In this document: one piece after another, positions 28,173 through 42,050 of the stretch
Layout: the number at the start of each line of letters is the position of its first letter
Position numbering within the stretch: position 1 is the stretch's first letter
Assembly (NCBI GenBank): GCA_951406725.2
Contig: OX597818.1
Location: forward strand, 126,108,001 to 126,172,000
DNA from: Octopus vulgaris
Lineage: Eukaryota
Reading direction: 5' to 3'
DNA length: 64,000 nucleotides
Notes under the pieces: model-generated
Databases searched by the model: none
What the model was told of the DNA's origin: nothing
What the model saw: only the letters and a program-made list of their open reading frames with translations
Translations under genes and position numbers: made by a program

Positions 28173-28764
28173 ATACTTCACATGGAAAGTTAAAAAAAGA
28201 AAAAGAATAAAGTCTATAATATAGAAAACCGTTTAATTATTCATATTTTTATATAACAAAATTATAACGTTATTATTTGTATCAGGAATTCACTTGATTT
28301 TCAGATTCGCGAAGGTAAAAAGGATACCGCTCATTACATCTGATTGAAGAGGATATAAGGAGAGAGCGCGCGAAAAGTCCAGTGAGGGCCGAGCAACTAA
28401 ATAAGGAGTAAGCTGTTATTAGCAGTATTATCTCTCGCTTGTTTCAGTCATTAGACTGCGGCCATGCCGGACAACCGCCTTGAAGAATTTTCTAGTCGAA
28501 TGAATCCAATCCAGGAATTTTTTTCTTTAAGCCCGGTACTTATTCTATCGGTTTTTTTAGCCGAACCGCAATTTTACGGAAACATAAACACGCCGGCTCC
28601 GGTTGTCAAGCGATGTAGTGGATGACAAACACACACACACACGCACGCACGCACGCACACACACACACACACGCACGCACGCACGCACACACACACACAC
28701 ACACACACATACATGCATACATACGTAAGTATATACATACATACATACATACATACATACATAC

Positions 28765-28795
<31 letters not shown>

Positions 28796-28836
28796 CACAC
28801 ATATGTCTATATATATATATACATACATACATACGT

Positions 28837-29115
28837 GGAGGCCCAATGGCCCAGTGGTTAGGGCAGCGGACTCGCGGTTGTAGGATCGCAGTTTCGATTC
28901 CCAGACCGGTCGTTGTGAGTGTTTATTGAGCGAAAAGACCTAAAACTCCACAAGTCTCCTGTTGTACTCTTTCGCCACAACTTTCTCTCACTCTTCCTTC
29001 TGTTGGCCTGCTCGCTTAGCCAGCGGGGTGGCTTCATTTGAAGGCTAACACATTGCGAAGCGCATTGTGACCAGCAATGTGTAGCAGCATCTGATATCCT
29101 GGTCGGTCACGGTGA
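28837..29115 (+). mobile_element. SINE family C
   Basis: tRNA-like head tggcccagtggttagggcagcggactcgcgg; tail ggtcacggtga. Homologous to 39001-39293. Confidence 0.8.
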
Positions 29116-29343
29116 CATACATACATACATACGCATGTGTGTGTGCGTGGTGTGTGTATTTGTCCCCCGCTACATCGCTCGACAACTGGAGCCGGTGTGT
29201 TTATGTTTCCGTAATTTAATATTTAGTTCTTTACTTTTCCGCTGCTAGGAAAGAATTGAAGAGTGGGCTCGACGTTTCAAAGGATTGACCTTAGACGGGG
29301 AAGAGAGGAAGAATAAGAGATAAAGCAGTAGTGAGAGAGAGAA

Positions 29344-29381
<38 letters not shown>

Positions 29382-29634
29382 AAGTAATGAGAGAGAGTCC
29401 ACATGTGGTAACTTTAACGCTAGATATAGATGCACGAAGAGAATCTACCACTAATTTCTTTAGTGGTAGATTCTCTTCGTGCATCTATATCTAGCGTTAG
29501 AGTGACCACATGTGGACTCTCTCTCATTACTTGTATTAATAATTTTTACTGTATCCCAGTCTTTATACGCTAGGCCACTTAGTGTTTTAAATTGAGGTTA
29601 TTAATTAATTTTCAATTTTTTCACCCTTATTGTG

Positions 29635-29638
<4 letters not shown>
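29382..29638 (+). repeat. fold-back element in (TA)n, ~73-bp arms with a 4-nt loop
   Basis: Arms 29382-29454/29459-29532. Tail 29533-29638 is homologous to the ends of HHR elements at 51575-51641 and 59422-59500. Confidence 0.88.
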
Positions 29639-29713
<75 letters not shown>

Positions 29714-30224
29714 AGTTGATTTCAAATGCCGTTCACTAAATAGTGACCGTAACCTATTTTTTAGATGCAACTTTGGCTTGGGACTGTTGTTTTTGGCGTT
29801 TTATCTTCCTACACTCATTACAAAGTACAGCGTCACTAAATATGAGACGTTTTAGGATAGCTGTTTGGTGCCGCCTATTTAGCCATCGCTGATTCGACGC
29901 TGACTTACTTGTAATTAGACTTGTTAATGTTTCTATCGATTTAAAGCTTCTCTCTCTTTCTCGATCTCTCTGGCTCCACTGTCTCCCCCCATTTTTTCTA
30001 TCTATATTTCTGTGCGTGTATGCGTGTGTTCACCTCTAGGGCCGAAACGTACTGTCGTTTAAAAAGGTTGAATGTCCAGTCATCCGCGCCAAACCATGTA
30101 TCCAAACATCTGCGCCCGAATTCATCATTTCGACCGACGGTTGATGTATAGAATCCATTTTTTAATCATATAACAATGGGTTGAAGGATTGAAAGGGCAG
30201 AGTAGATTTCGTAAAAGCGAGTAA

Positions 30225-30440
30225 AGGCGACGAGCTGGCAGAGTCGTTAGCACGCTGGGCAAAATGCTTAGCGACACTTCGTCTGTCTGCACGAGCTGAG
30301 TTCAAATTCTGCCGAGGTCGATTTTGCTTTCCATCCTTTCGGGGTTGATAAATTACGCACCAGTGAAACACTGGGGTCGATGTAATCGACTAGTTCCCTC
30401 TCCTAAAATTTCAGGGTCTTGTGCCTTTAGTAGAAGGGAT
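30225..30440 (+). mobile_element. SINE family B
   Basis: Consensus match. Confidence 0.8.
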
Positions 30441-31184
30441 TTCCTCAGAGTGTACAGCACCCTTTATCGAGCTATTAAAAAAAAAAAATTCATTGTTGTG
30501 TAAATGCTGCATAACTGCCGATTACTTAATGTTTAGTTCTCACGCAAACTATTTTGCGTGGGCCCCACTTCAAAAATAGTTCGCAGTTGTTGTTAATCGC
30601 AGACGGTCTTTTGATAACTTGATTATTTTGAAGGTTTTCTTCTCGATTACCAAATTTTGGGAACCAAATTTGAGCTGCATGACGGCCGACAGTCCGCCGG
30701 CCAAGTGTTTGGTAAATATTACGAACGGTTACTACAGCTTAACATTCCATTTTGAACACATACTATGATCTAGTCGGAATTTGCGTTTTTTTTTTTCTGG
30801 TTTTAATTTGACAGCCTAAAATAAACAAAACAAAACTAAAATAAACAATGAAAGCAGAACCATTAACATAAATCAAGAGAAAAATATCTGCACGTATGTG
30901 TGTATGTGTGTGTGTGTGCATGTGTATATGCGTGTATATACACATGTACGCATGTGTGCGTGTATATATATATATATACAAACACACATATATATACATA
31001 CATACATGTATACACACACATGCATATATGCAGATACACAGATACAAAGAGAAATACATTTGTACATACATACTCTCTCACACACACATACACACACACA
31101 CAGACATGCACAGACAAACACATATATGTGTGTTTGTGTGTGTGTGTGCAGGTATATATGTTTGTGTGCATGCATATACAAATA

Positions 31185-31363
31185 CCGTATTTTAACGTGT
31201 ATAAGGAACCCTCGTGTATAAGGAAACCCCTAATTTTGGGGGAATAAAATTTGGAAAAAAGGTTTTGTAAGGGATTATAATACTATCCATGTATAACAAA
31301 CTCACTATTTTTTAAACCTAATTTTACACAAAAAAAGGGTTCCTTATACACGTTAAAATACGG
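31185..31363. mobile_element. MITE with perfect 28-bp TIRs (Tc2/pogo-like CCGTA ends) and TA TSD
   Basis: ccgtattttaacgtgtataaggaaccct at 31185-31212 and its reverse complement at 31336-31363. Confidence 0.9.
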
Positions 31364-31454
31364 TACATACACATTTACACACACACACACATGTATAGCT
31401 ATGTATACATGTATGCATGTGTGGTCAGTATATGTATATATACGCACTCATATA

Positions 31455-32364
31455 CTGGGTGTTCGGGTTAAATTTGACAGTTGGGATACAAAGATAAGAA
31501 AGCATTATGCCATCCAAAAATAGAAGTATTCTAAAAAATCAAAAAATATCTACTTGGAAGACAACAGTTTATTCAAAGAAGCTGTTCTTAGCTTCGGCCA
31601 CGGCCTCAAGACGACTCTGGAACCTGTCTCATGCGTTCCTCACGGTGTCCCGGAGATCTTCGTACACCTCCTTGATCTTTGCCACTAACTCTGCTTTGGT
31701 GTTGCAGGTAGAGCTATTGGTGCCTTTCCCGACCGTGCCCCACACATAGCAACATATTGGATTACAATCGGGGGTGTGGGGGTTATAATGAAGGTAATTA
31801 GGGTGGGGCATATATTGGGGCTGGTGAAATCGTAGAAATTCTTTGACAACCACTTCTGACAGTTTCCGGAGGTATAGTAAGGTGCCGAATCCTGCGACCA
31901 CATATTTCGTCTTCCCGTAGGAACCGTCTCAAACCAAGGTTTGACAACAATGTCCAGCAGCTTCATATAGAACCATGAGTTGAGTCTAGGGCCTTGTTCA
32001 AAGACATATTGATAAATCCCAGTGTACGGACGCAGTCAGAACTCCTGCTGTGTCGCTTCCTACTAGCCACGGCTTCGTAGTTTCCGTTGCAACTGTCCAT
32101 GTCACATCATACACTATTTATAGTGTTCATAGAACACTGGGCAGCAGCCATGATATCGGCATTTTGACAACCAGAGCGAATAATCATGATACGGGTATGG
32201 TTTTGCAATATTCAAATGGCTTCCAGTCTTCCATGTCAGCTAACATTTTCTCAACTATAATTTTAAGATTCATGCTCTCCAACGCCGTTGACTGTTCATC
32301 AATACATCAAGCTGTTACTGAAAAAAAAAGAAAGAGACATAAGAAAAATCGTCCGAACCCTCTG
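31455..32364 (-). mobile_element. internally deleted maT/Tc1-like transposon
   Basis: WSQDSAPYYTSGNCQKWLSKNFYDF..PDCNPICCYVWGTV...CNTKAELVAKIKEV (frameshifted DDD/E core). Degenerate TA-flanked TIRs. Confidence 0.8.
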
Positions 32365-32400
32365 TACATACATACATACATACATACATACATACATAAA

Positions 32401-32432
<32 letters not shown>

Positions 32433-32511
32433 CATATATACATACATGTCAATACGTATGTATGTATACATCTATCTATGTATCTATCTGTCTGTTTGCC
32501 TGCCTGCCTGC

Positions 32512-32597
<86 letters not shown>

Positions 32598-32673
32598 CTC
32601 TATGTGTATGTATGTATGTATGTATGTATGTATGTATGTATGTATGTATGTATGCATGTAGGTATGTATGTAT

Positions 32674-32830
32674 GTCTTTTGCTGGCCTCAAATCTCATCT
32701 GCGAACGCATGGAAAACGAACCTCCACGAACTATTCTGCCTATATGTCTGTGCACAACTTTGAACGCAGTGTATGCCAGAAGGTTTGCAAATCCAACGGA
32801 GGCATCAAAAGACATTTTAATATTCACAAA
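32674..32830 (+). pseudogene. two decayed C2H2 zinc fingers, probably the C-terminus of an RTE-like LINE
   Basis: SFAGLKSHLRTH and (R)SVCQKVCKSNGGIKRHFNIH. The first Cys is lost and the fragment abuts a microsatellite. Confidence 0.5.
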
Positions 32831-33355
32831 GTGCAGAACTTATCAGCAGCTCTTGGTGGTCCAAATCTATTTATGGAAGATCAAATTTGGGAACAAACAC
32901 TGGAGATATACAAGGAAACCAAACGAAATCAAACATAGAGGGTCGCTAGAGCAGGTCGAGAGGAAAATAGGGAACGCTAGGAGAAACATTTTTTTGAAAA
33001 TAGAAAAGGTAGAAGAGGGAGGGAAAAAAGCACGTCCGCTCTTTTGAACGTCCGTACAGGAAAAGTAAGATGGTCACATGAGGGAAAAAAAAAGATGGAT
33101 GATGGTCACGTGTGAACAACGAGAGAAAGAGAGAGAGAATGAAAAAGAGGGGGAAAGAGAGACAGTTAGAAAATGGTGAAGAAGGGAGGGGAGAAAAAGG
33201 GAATTAGAGAAAGATGGGGGAAGAAAACAGTATGGAGTAGAGAGTCGCATCAAAAAGGTGAAGATAAACTTACTTGGAAATGGATGCGTCGCGTTGAATT
33301 AAATGATATGTATGCATATATATATGTGTGTATATGTGTGTGTGACCCACATATG

Positions 33356-33406
<51 letters not shown>

Positions 33407-33804
33407 GCTCACATATACGCTAAGAAATATACCCACACAGCAATATTAGTAATGGTGAGTAGTAAAGATATGTTTATGGCACCCATCTAATCCCATGACA
33501 TAAATGAAGTTCCAAATGTCTTGGTGAAGTATCTTAATGAAGCTTTATTACAATCCCCTCTTCACTTTTATTGCCTTAAAACCTACTTAAACTATTATTT
33601 CTGTCATCGCTCCATTCTCTCTGCCTCCCTCATTCACTCTCATCTCCATCTCACACTTCCTCTCTCTTTCTTTCTCTCTCTCTCTCTCTCTCTCTCTCAC
33701 TCACGCTCTCATTCTCATCCTTTCTCTCTATTGCTATTCTCAGTTTACCGCTGCTGTATATAACAACATTCAGTCTTCCTTTTCTTTACATTTCGATTCC
33801 TTAT

Positions 33805-33824
33805 GATTTCTTTCTTTCTTTCCT

Positions 33825-33876
<52 letters not shown>

Positions 33877-34197
33877 TCCTTCTTTCCTTCTTTCTTTCTT
33901 TCTTTCTTTCCTTCCTTCTTTCCTTCTTTCTTTCTTTCTTTCTTTATTTTTTCCTTCCTTCTTTCCTTCTTTCTTTCTTTCTTTCTTTTTTCCTTCCTTC
34001 TTTCTTTCTTTTTTCCTTCCTTCCCTCTTTCTTTCTTTTTTTTCCTTCCTTCCTTCCTTCCTTCTTTCTTTCTTTTTTCCTTCCTTCCTTCCCTCTTTCT
34101 TTCTTTCTTTCTTTCTTCTTTTCTTCTTTCTTTTTTCCTTCCTTCCCTCTTTCTTTCTTTTTTTTCCTTCCTTCCTTCCTTCCTCCCTTCTTTCTTC

Positions 34198-34230
<33 letters not shown>

Positions 34231-34680
34231 TTCCTTTCTTTCTTTCTTCCTTTCTTTCTCTCTTTCTTTTTCTTCCTTCCTTCCTTCCTTCTTTCTTTCT
34301 TTAATTCTTTCTTTCCTTCCTTTCTTTCCTCTTCCTTTCTTTCTCTCTTTCTTTTTCTTCCTTCCTTCCTTCCTTCTTTCTTTCTTTAATTCTTTCTTTC
34401 CTTCCTTTCTTTCCTCTTTCTTTCTTTCTTTCTTTCTTATTCTTCCTTCCTTCCTTCCTTCCTTCCTTCCTTCCTTCCTTCCTTCTTTCTTTCCTTCTTT
34501 CTTTCCTTTCCTTCCTTTCCGCTTTCTTTCTTTGTTTGTTTGTTTGTTTGTTTGTTTCTTTCTTTCTTTCTTTCTTTCTTTTTTCCGACCTTCCCTCTTT
34601 CTTTCTTTCTTTCTTTCTTTTCTTTATTCTCTCTCTCTTTCCTTCCTTCCTTCCTTCCTTCCTTCCTTCTTATTTTCTGA
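33805..34680. repeat. ~0.9-kb polypyrimidine (CTTT/CCTT)n tract
   Basis: Direct reading. Confidence 0.95.
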
Positions 34681-34990
34681 CCCCCACCTCTTTCCGTCAC
34701 ACACTCTCAGTCATTTTATACAACTCTCAGCCAATCCCTTTGATTTCTTTGCTGTTTTCATTTCGTCGTTTCTTTATTACTCTTGTTAAATTTTCTTTCT
34801 TTTGTCTTTCATTCTCTCTATCTGTTACCATTTCCTCACTCTCTCTCTCTCACTCTCTTTCCCATGCTCCTCTATCCCCTCTCCCCTCTCCCCCTTCGCT
34901 CTCATCCTTCCGTCCTTTTCCCAATTGTCTGTATTCACAGCAACAACAAATGTAGTAAATTTATTGATGCAGCTTCCTAATGGAGTGTGG

Positions 34991-35565
34991 AATGTAGCTA
35001 TCCACTTAACTAAACAGGGATGAAAATAGACAGATTGAGGGAGAGCGAGTGGGCAAGTGAGAGAGAAAGAGAGAGAGAAAAAGAGAGAGAGAGAGAATGG
35101 GTGAGAAAGTAGAAGAGGTGCTGGAAGTAGGTGTGATAATAAAATGTATTTCTTTACTACCCTCAAGGGGCTAAACACAGAGGGGACAAACAAGGACAGA
35201 CAAACGGATCAAGTCGATTACATCGACCCCAGTGCGTAACTGGTACTTAATTTATCGACCCCGAAAGGATGAAAGGCAAAGTCGACCTCGGCGGAATTTG
35301 AACTCAGAGGTCGACTTTTTACTTTCATCCTTTCGGGGTTGAAAAATTAAGTACCAGTTACGCACTGGGGTCGATGTAATCGACTTGATCCGTTTGTCTG
35401 TCCTTGATTGTCCCCTTGTGGGTAGTAAAGAAATACATTTTATTATCACACCTACTTCCAGCACTTCTCCTACTTTCTCACCCATTCTCTCTCTCTCTTT
35501 TTTTCTCTCTCTCTCCCTCAATCTGTCTATTTTTGTCCCTGTTTAGTTAAGTGGATAGCTACATT
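34991..35565. repeat. large inverted duplication of SINE B 3' part plus non-SINE flank
   Basis: Arms 34991-35289/35307-35565 with a 17-nt spacer. Confidence 0.9.
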
Positions 35566-36761
35566 ATAAATCATTCGTGTATTGACGATGCTCCCCCCCC
35601 ACTCAATATGCTCGGTGTGTATGGACACTGGGCAATCAATCACAACGTTCAGGAGAATGTTTTGTGATGTTTCTTCCGGCTCTTACATTCTGAGTTCAAA
35701 TCCCTGCGACATCAACTGGCAAAGAGCAAAGACGGCTTCGATGGCAGAGCCTCAGAACGATCGAGAACATCAGATAGTAGCGTCCACATTTCCAACAAAG
35801 AACTACATGCGCACACACATCCGCCTTGCACACTACCGCCTCATAGCTATTCGCTGAATGGGCTGGTAACGGACATGTTCGCTGCCTCCCGCCAGGTCGT
35901 CTTACCAAGGCCTCGCTCGCATCCGACGGCAGAGGCTCAGTGGCAGGTCCCCGAGGCAGGCCCCGTGGTTAATCTAGCGCTGCATATTATCATCAACGGG
36001 CACAAGGTGGGCTGTTTCGTTAAGAATTACGTGATTCTGGGGTTCTATCGTACTACTATGCAGCACTTTGGCCAGGCAATTGTCTTCCGCCGTAGCCGGA
36101 AGTCAATCAAAGCCTTGAGAAATTTTGTCGACGGTAATTGTACGGAAGCCCGGGAGAAGGATGGTTCTTGCCATTGTGTAGCAGATGTAATCCACTCCCC
36201 GCTTTATTCCTGCTAATTGGCTCTTGGGTACTTTTAGACGTTTAGCACTACTGAACAATAGAGAATTCCGTTACAATACGCGCGGATACACACTCACACA
36301 CACACACACACATGAAAGCTCCCAAAAGTGCATTGGCACCAGCTTTCCTCCTCTGACTAAGCCCTAAAGACCACTCCAATTCAGTTACACCATAACTTTT
36401 CCCTCCACCCTACCCCCAGTTAAATTCCAACGGATCTATCAGTTAGTATATATTTTGCTGCAGACAGCTAGCCAGACAGCCACAAAGACAAACAGAGAAA
36501 GCACGAAACAAAGGAGAGAAAGAAAGAGAGGGGGAGGGAGAGGGAGGGAAAGAGTTGGAGTCAGAGATGAGAGAAAGAAAAGTAGTAAGATGATAAGGAT
36601 TAGAGTAGGTAAAGAATGGGCGGAAGATCAAGCAAAAGCTTCCTACCTTTAACCGTAGGAGACCCACCATAAAGATTATATTTACATATCTATCTCTATA
36701 TATATCTATCTATCTATCTATCTATCTCAGTCTCTCTCCCTCACTCTATCTACCTGTCTGC

Positions 36762-36830
<69 letters not shown>

Positions 36831-36852
36831 AGTCAATCTGTCTCTCTCTCTG

Positions 36853-36895
<43 letters not shown>

Positions 36896-36951
36896 CACAC
36901 ACACACATACACACACACACATACACACACACACACATATATGTGTGTGTG

Positions 36952-36998
<47 letters not shown>

Positions 36999-37325
36999 TA
37001 TGTATGTATGTGTGTTATGAGTGTCTCTAAGCCGCTTCAACAACCCTTTTTTTTTATAGCAAGAAGTGGGGTGGGGGAACTGGTGTTGACGTCTATATAG
37101 CAAAAGCTGGAAACACAATCTTTGGGTGTGCGTAGAAAATATGGTGATACTAAACACATTAAAGCAACATGAGTTGATAAACTTAAAAGAAAAAATGCTC
37201 GTTGATATATAAATTCACAACAGATAACAAACCAGGAGTAGCTGAAGTGCTAAACAGTGTTTGATGAATATTAGGATGAGTATTTTCTGCTATATAAAGT
37301 TGTTTCCGAAGCTTTGGAATTGTCG

Positions 37326-38447
37326 CAGTGGTTCTCAACCTGGTTCCTTAAGACCCTTGGGGGTCTATATAAGATTTTTAGGGATTCATGCAAAGCAAAG
37401 TTGAAAATCTGAGGATCCATAGTAGAAAAAAATTTACTTTACTCTTTTATTTGTTTCAGTCATTTGACTGCGGCCATGCTGGAGCACCGCCTTTAGTCGA
37501 GCAAATCGGCCCCAGGACTTATTCTTTGTAAGCCTAGTACTTATTCTATCGGTCTCTTTTGCCAAACCGCTAAGTGACGGGGACGTAAACACACCAACAT
37601 CGATGGTCAAGCGATGTTGGGGGGCGGGGCAAACACAGACACAAACATATACACACCCACATACATACATATATATACATATATACGACAGGCTTCTTTC
37701 GGTTTCCGTCTACCAAATCCACTCACAAGGCTTTGGTCAGCCCGAGGCTATAGTAGAAGACACTCGCCCAAGGTGCCACGCAGTGGAACTGAACCCGGAA
37801 CCATGTGGTTGGTAAGCAAGTTACTTACCACACAACCACTCCTGCGCCTACAGATATATTTATTCCAAAAGAAAAAAAAACAGCTACGTTTTCTTTCTCG
37901 AATGTTTTATATGCTTCCAACCATTGAAACATGTTCTCTTTGAGAGTTCTGCTGCAAACTTATATAAATGAATGAGTGAAAAACAAAACGGCAATTTTGA
38001 AAGTATCAACAGAACTAATTTTTAAGTAATAAATAGCTGTGGGAGTTCACCAGAATAGCGTGGAACTCACTCCGTCGATAGCAACGACCAAGGTTCTAGT
38101 TGATCCGATCAACGGAATAACCTGCTCGTGAAATTAGCGTGCTAGCGGTTGAGTACTCCACAGGCACGCATATCTTAAAGTAGTTCTCAGAGGAAGATTC
38201 AGCATGACACAGAATGTAACACTGCTGGCGCTTTGGAAAACAGGTACTACTCATTTCTTCCGGCCGAGTGGACTGGTGCAACTGAGAAATAAAGGGTCTT
38301 GTTCAGAGACACAACGCGCCGCCGAGTATCGAACACACGACCTTACGATTATGAGCCGAAAATTCTAACCACTAAGCCACGCACCTTCACAAGAGTAAAA
38401 TAGCAATCAAAGGTCTCCATATATTAAAAAATGGTTGAGAACCACTG
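37326..38447. mobile_element. hAT-like MITE ends with nested SINE A (37434-37849, -) and SINE D (38080-38389, -)
   Basis: 15-bp TIR cagtggttctcaacc/ggttgagaaccactg. No 8-bp TSD is visible. Confidence 0.6.
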
Positions 38448-38457
38448 TGTTAGAGGT

Positions 38458-38556
38458 ATGAAGAGACGAAATTTTCCTTTCGGTGGAGTAACCGTAGTCT
38501 CGGCAACAGATTTTTCGTCGCTCATTTCAGTTGAGCCAAAAGTCCACAAGAGATGA
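38458..38556 (+). mobile_element. decayed PIF1-type helicase fragment (Helitron RepHel-like)
   Basis: FPFGGVTVVSATDFSSLISV resembles the PIF1 motif PFGG..VV..GDF.Q..PV. Confidence 0.5.
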
Positions 38557-39000
38557 TCAAATTCAAAGCTACCCGATATTATCAAAATGAAAGTAGACAC
38601 AGGAGTTGGCTTTAACAAAGCAATATTCAAGGTATAGGTCGGCTAAGGACTATAGTCGAATACATACATCTAAGGTGTCGCGTAGTGGAACTGAATCCGA
38701 AACCACGTTGTTGCCAACCAATCGTCTTACTACATAGCCATTTAATAAACTAAAACAAAAAAACTCTTCCCCTCCATTCAACACAACCCCCAAAGGTTTG
38801 GAGATGATGTACAGGTATTATGTATTAGAAGAAATGAGGTACTCAGAAATCTGGATGGTTTTATATTTACAGATATTTATTAGCATGTTACATGTTTTTA
38901 TAAATCGTATATCCTATATTAGCGCTTTCGTCCACTCTAGTGGACGAAATGACTGAAGACTGAAACAAGTAAAAGAATAAAAGAAAGAATATATATATAT

Positions 39001-39293
39001 CACCACCGTGACCGAACAGGCTATCAGATGTTGCTACACATCGCTGGTCACAATGCGCTTCGCATTGTTTTAGCCTTAAAATGACGCCACCCCGCTGGCT
39101 AAGCGAGCAGGCCAACAGAAGAAAGAGTGAGAGAAAGTTGTGGCGAAAGGGTACAGCAGGAATCGCCACCACCCCCTGCCAGAGCCGCGTGGAGCTTTAG
39201 GTGTTTTTGCCCAAAATAAACACTCACAACGCCCGGTCTGGGAATCGAAACCGCGATCCTATAACTGCGAGTTCGCTGCCCTAACCACTGGCC
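39001..39293 (-). mobile_element. SINE family C
   Basis: Reverse-complement homologue of 28837-29115. Confidence 0.8.
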
Positions 39294-39302
39294 ATATATA
39301 TA

Positions 39303-39520
39303 CAGGGTGGCTCAAAAGTAGGTTTCCAGTTATTCAACAATCTCTTTCGCATTCATATATTGACAATTTAGATATTAATTATGAAAAAAAAGCATGAAAC
39401 CATTAATCTATGCTAATTTAGTTAATTTTATCAAGCTCCCTTTTCAATTTGTAAAATAGAAATTTAAATGTAATAAAATCTTTTAAAAGAAAAATAAAAC
39501 CCTGCTTTTGGGCCACTCTG
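39303..39520. mobile_element. Tc1/mariner-type MITE in (TA)n
   Basis: Imperfect TIRs cagggtggctcaaaagtagg / cctgcttttgggccactctg, TA-flanked. Confidence 0.75.
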
Positions 39521-40327
39521 TATATATATATATACATACACGTTTTTTTCGCGCGTATGTGGAAAGAAAGTGAGGGAGATAAAGAGAGTCTATCATACGC
39601 TTAATGTTGTATACGATAAGATTAATCACTGACCTCACAAATACTTATGATTCATAGAAACAGAATTTTATCTCAATTATTTCTTGTATTTAATTCATCG
39701 GGTGTGGGACCAGAATACCCCATCGCTCGTTCGACCTTCTCTCTATAGTCACCGATCTTCTTTCGAATAAACACTTTACAGTCTTTCAGAAAGGGAATCC
39801 ACTTATGTTTTAAGCTCCGAAAATATCACAAATGGTATGCCGTAGGTCAAATGTCAGATAGTCAGGATTTATGAGACATTCTCCTTTTAAACAGTCTCAA
39901 CCACTTTTCACCATGTTTTTCGTCATGTCGCCCACATCAGACCTACAAACATCTACTTGTTTGTCAAGTAACGAACGCATGACGGCTGTCTAAAGCAACA
40001 GCGACTTTGCCTCATTTTTTTGTGTGTTTGTTTCACAGACGACCGTTTCAAATAAGACAGGAATACTTGAGGCTTCTTTGTGTCATTCAAAGAATTACCA
40101 GACACGAGCCCTCCTGCCCCAGTCTATTTACCAGTCACATCGATCCTGATGGACGTGTTTATATACTTCCAACAATAACAGCTACTAAACAATTCACGTC
40201 TGCTCTTTTTCAAAATGCATTTCGTGGTGAACTGTTACAGCTACGAAGCTTATTTCTCGTGTCCGTCATCAGAAGGGAAAGAGACTTAGAGGAGTTGGAA
40301 GTAGAAAATAAGGAAAACAGAATGCAA

Positions 40328-40620
40328 AGGAGGAAGAGAAGAAGAAGAGGAGGAGGAGGAGGAGGAGGAGGAAGAAAAAGAAGAAGAAGGAGGAGGAGGA
40401 GGAGGAGAAGAAGAAGGAGGAGGAGGAGAAGAAGGAGAAGAAGAAGAAGAAGAAGAAGGAGAAGGAGAAGAAGAAGAAGAAGAAGAAGAAGAAGAAGAAG
40501 AAGAAGAAGAAGAAGAAGAAGGAAAAGAAGAAGAAGAAGAAGAAGAAGGAGGAGGAGGAGGAGGAGGTGGAGAAGAAGAAGAAGAAGAAGAAGAAGAAGA
40601 AGAAGAAGAAGAAGAAGAAG
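40328..40620. repeat. (GAA/GGA)n purine tract
   Basis: Direct reading. Confidence 0.95.
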
Positions 40621-41199
40621 CGTCTTAATGAGAAAAGCAAGATAAGCGGAAGGAGAGAAAAAATAACAAGTTAAAAAGGTAAAGGAATATGAAAAAATAA
40701 GAAAAATGTAAGTTTTGTTGTGTCTAGAGAGGGTTAGTATACCAATAAAAATTAAAATAAACACGCATTGGTTCAATACCACTTTTTTTATTTGACCAAC
40801 CATTCAATAGCTTTTTTTTTATTGTGCTAATTGAACAATCAGCTGTTAGTTTTTTTCTGCCATAGTCCTTTGTCCCTATTCACGGTTTCATCAAGGACAG
40901 GACCGTACTCTTCAAGGTCTGCTTTGATCCTCCGTGTTGTTCAGTCAACACATTAAACAAACAAGTTGAATACCTAGTTGGTAAAACAAAGACTTGGTAT
41001 TGAACTAGTGTGCATATTTGCTTTAATTTTTATTGGCATAAAACTCTTTCCGAGACACAAGATTTATTTCATTCACATCAAGAAGCTTGCAAACGAAATA
41101 CAAGAACGATGTAAGTTTTGTCCATTTGTGTTGAACAACGAAAATATTTAAAACAAAACAAAACAACAAAATAATGAGCAATAAATAAATCATTGAGGC

Positions 41200-42050
41200 T
41201 AATTACTGAAGTTCTTACTGTAAAGTTGAGCAAAGGTGTCAAATGCCTACATTGCCCCCGTCATAATGCAAGGCCCCAGTGATCGCCTTGCATTACCCTA
41301 CCTCTCGTCTGACCGGAATGAAGCGTCTGCTCTTCCACTTCTTGTGGGTGGGACATGGTTCACTGGTCAAGTGCTCCATCTGTTGCCAGCACCTTCTGGA
41401 CGCTGGGTTTGGCATGCCGTGGCCGTTGCACATGTTGAAGCTGCGCCACACTCTGAGTTCTCTGGAAGGTGAGGAGGTATGGTCTCCGACTGCCAAGCAC
41501 ATTTTTCTGCAGCTCATCTTTTCGGCGGAGCAGCAATCCTGAGTCAAGAATAGACCACGACTTGGTGCCTGGCATCCGGAATGCAGTCAGGCGCTCACTG
41601 CCCGCTATCAGCCAAGCAATGAGGTCGGTGGAAGTTCCACTTTATGCAATATATAGAAGGTTAGTGGTAGTTAAGATATATGGCATTCTCGGGAAAACAG
41701 GACGAGATAGCTGGTTTGCTCCGGAGGATTCTCGGCCTGGGAGTTACTATGCACAACATCCAGAAATCTAGGATAAGTCTGGCAGAGCTACCAACAGGCA
41801 CGACCGAGCTAAGACCAAACCAAAAACATGAACCACATTTATGAGTTGGGGGAGGTAGAATTTTCCCCGAATATAATTTTATTTGGCACCTGGAAGAAAT
41901 TAGTCTTTTTGAGTTTTTGTAGGGCCGAATCATATAATCATTTCCGAAGTCTACTGCTAGCAATATTGTTTGAAATAATACACCGTATGAGAGGGTCTCT
42001 TCAATCAAGATAATGCTTTACTTCACACTGCACAAGTCACTAAAAATGTT
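41200..42050 (+). mobile_element. decayed Tx1/L1-like LINE ORF2 fragment
   Basis: RLLFHFLWVGHGSLVKCSICCQHLLDAGFGMPW resembles the post-RT F.FLW.G.......P..GGLG.P motif. Confidence 0.6.

Noticed and set aside
29262-29320. GAAACGTC plus stem II on the minus strand
   Set aside because: No CUGANGA core or stem I; at best a remnant.
33803-34789. 328-aa ORF
   Set aside because: Translation of the stop-free (CTTT)n tract.
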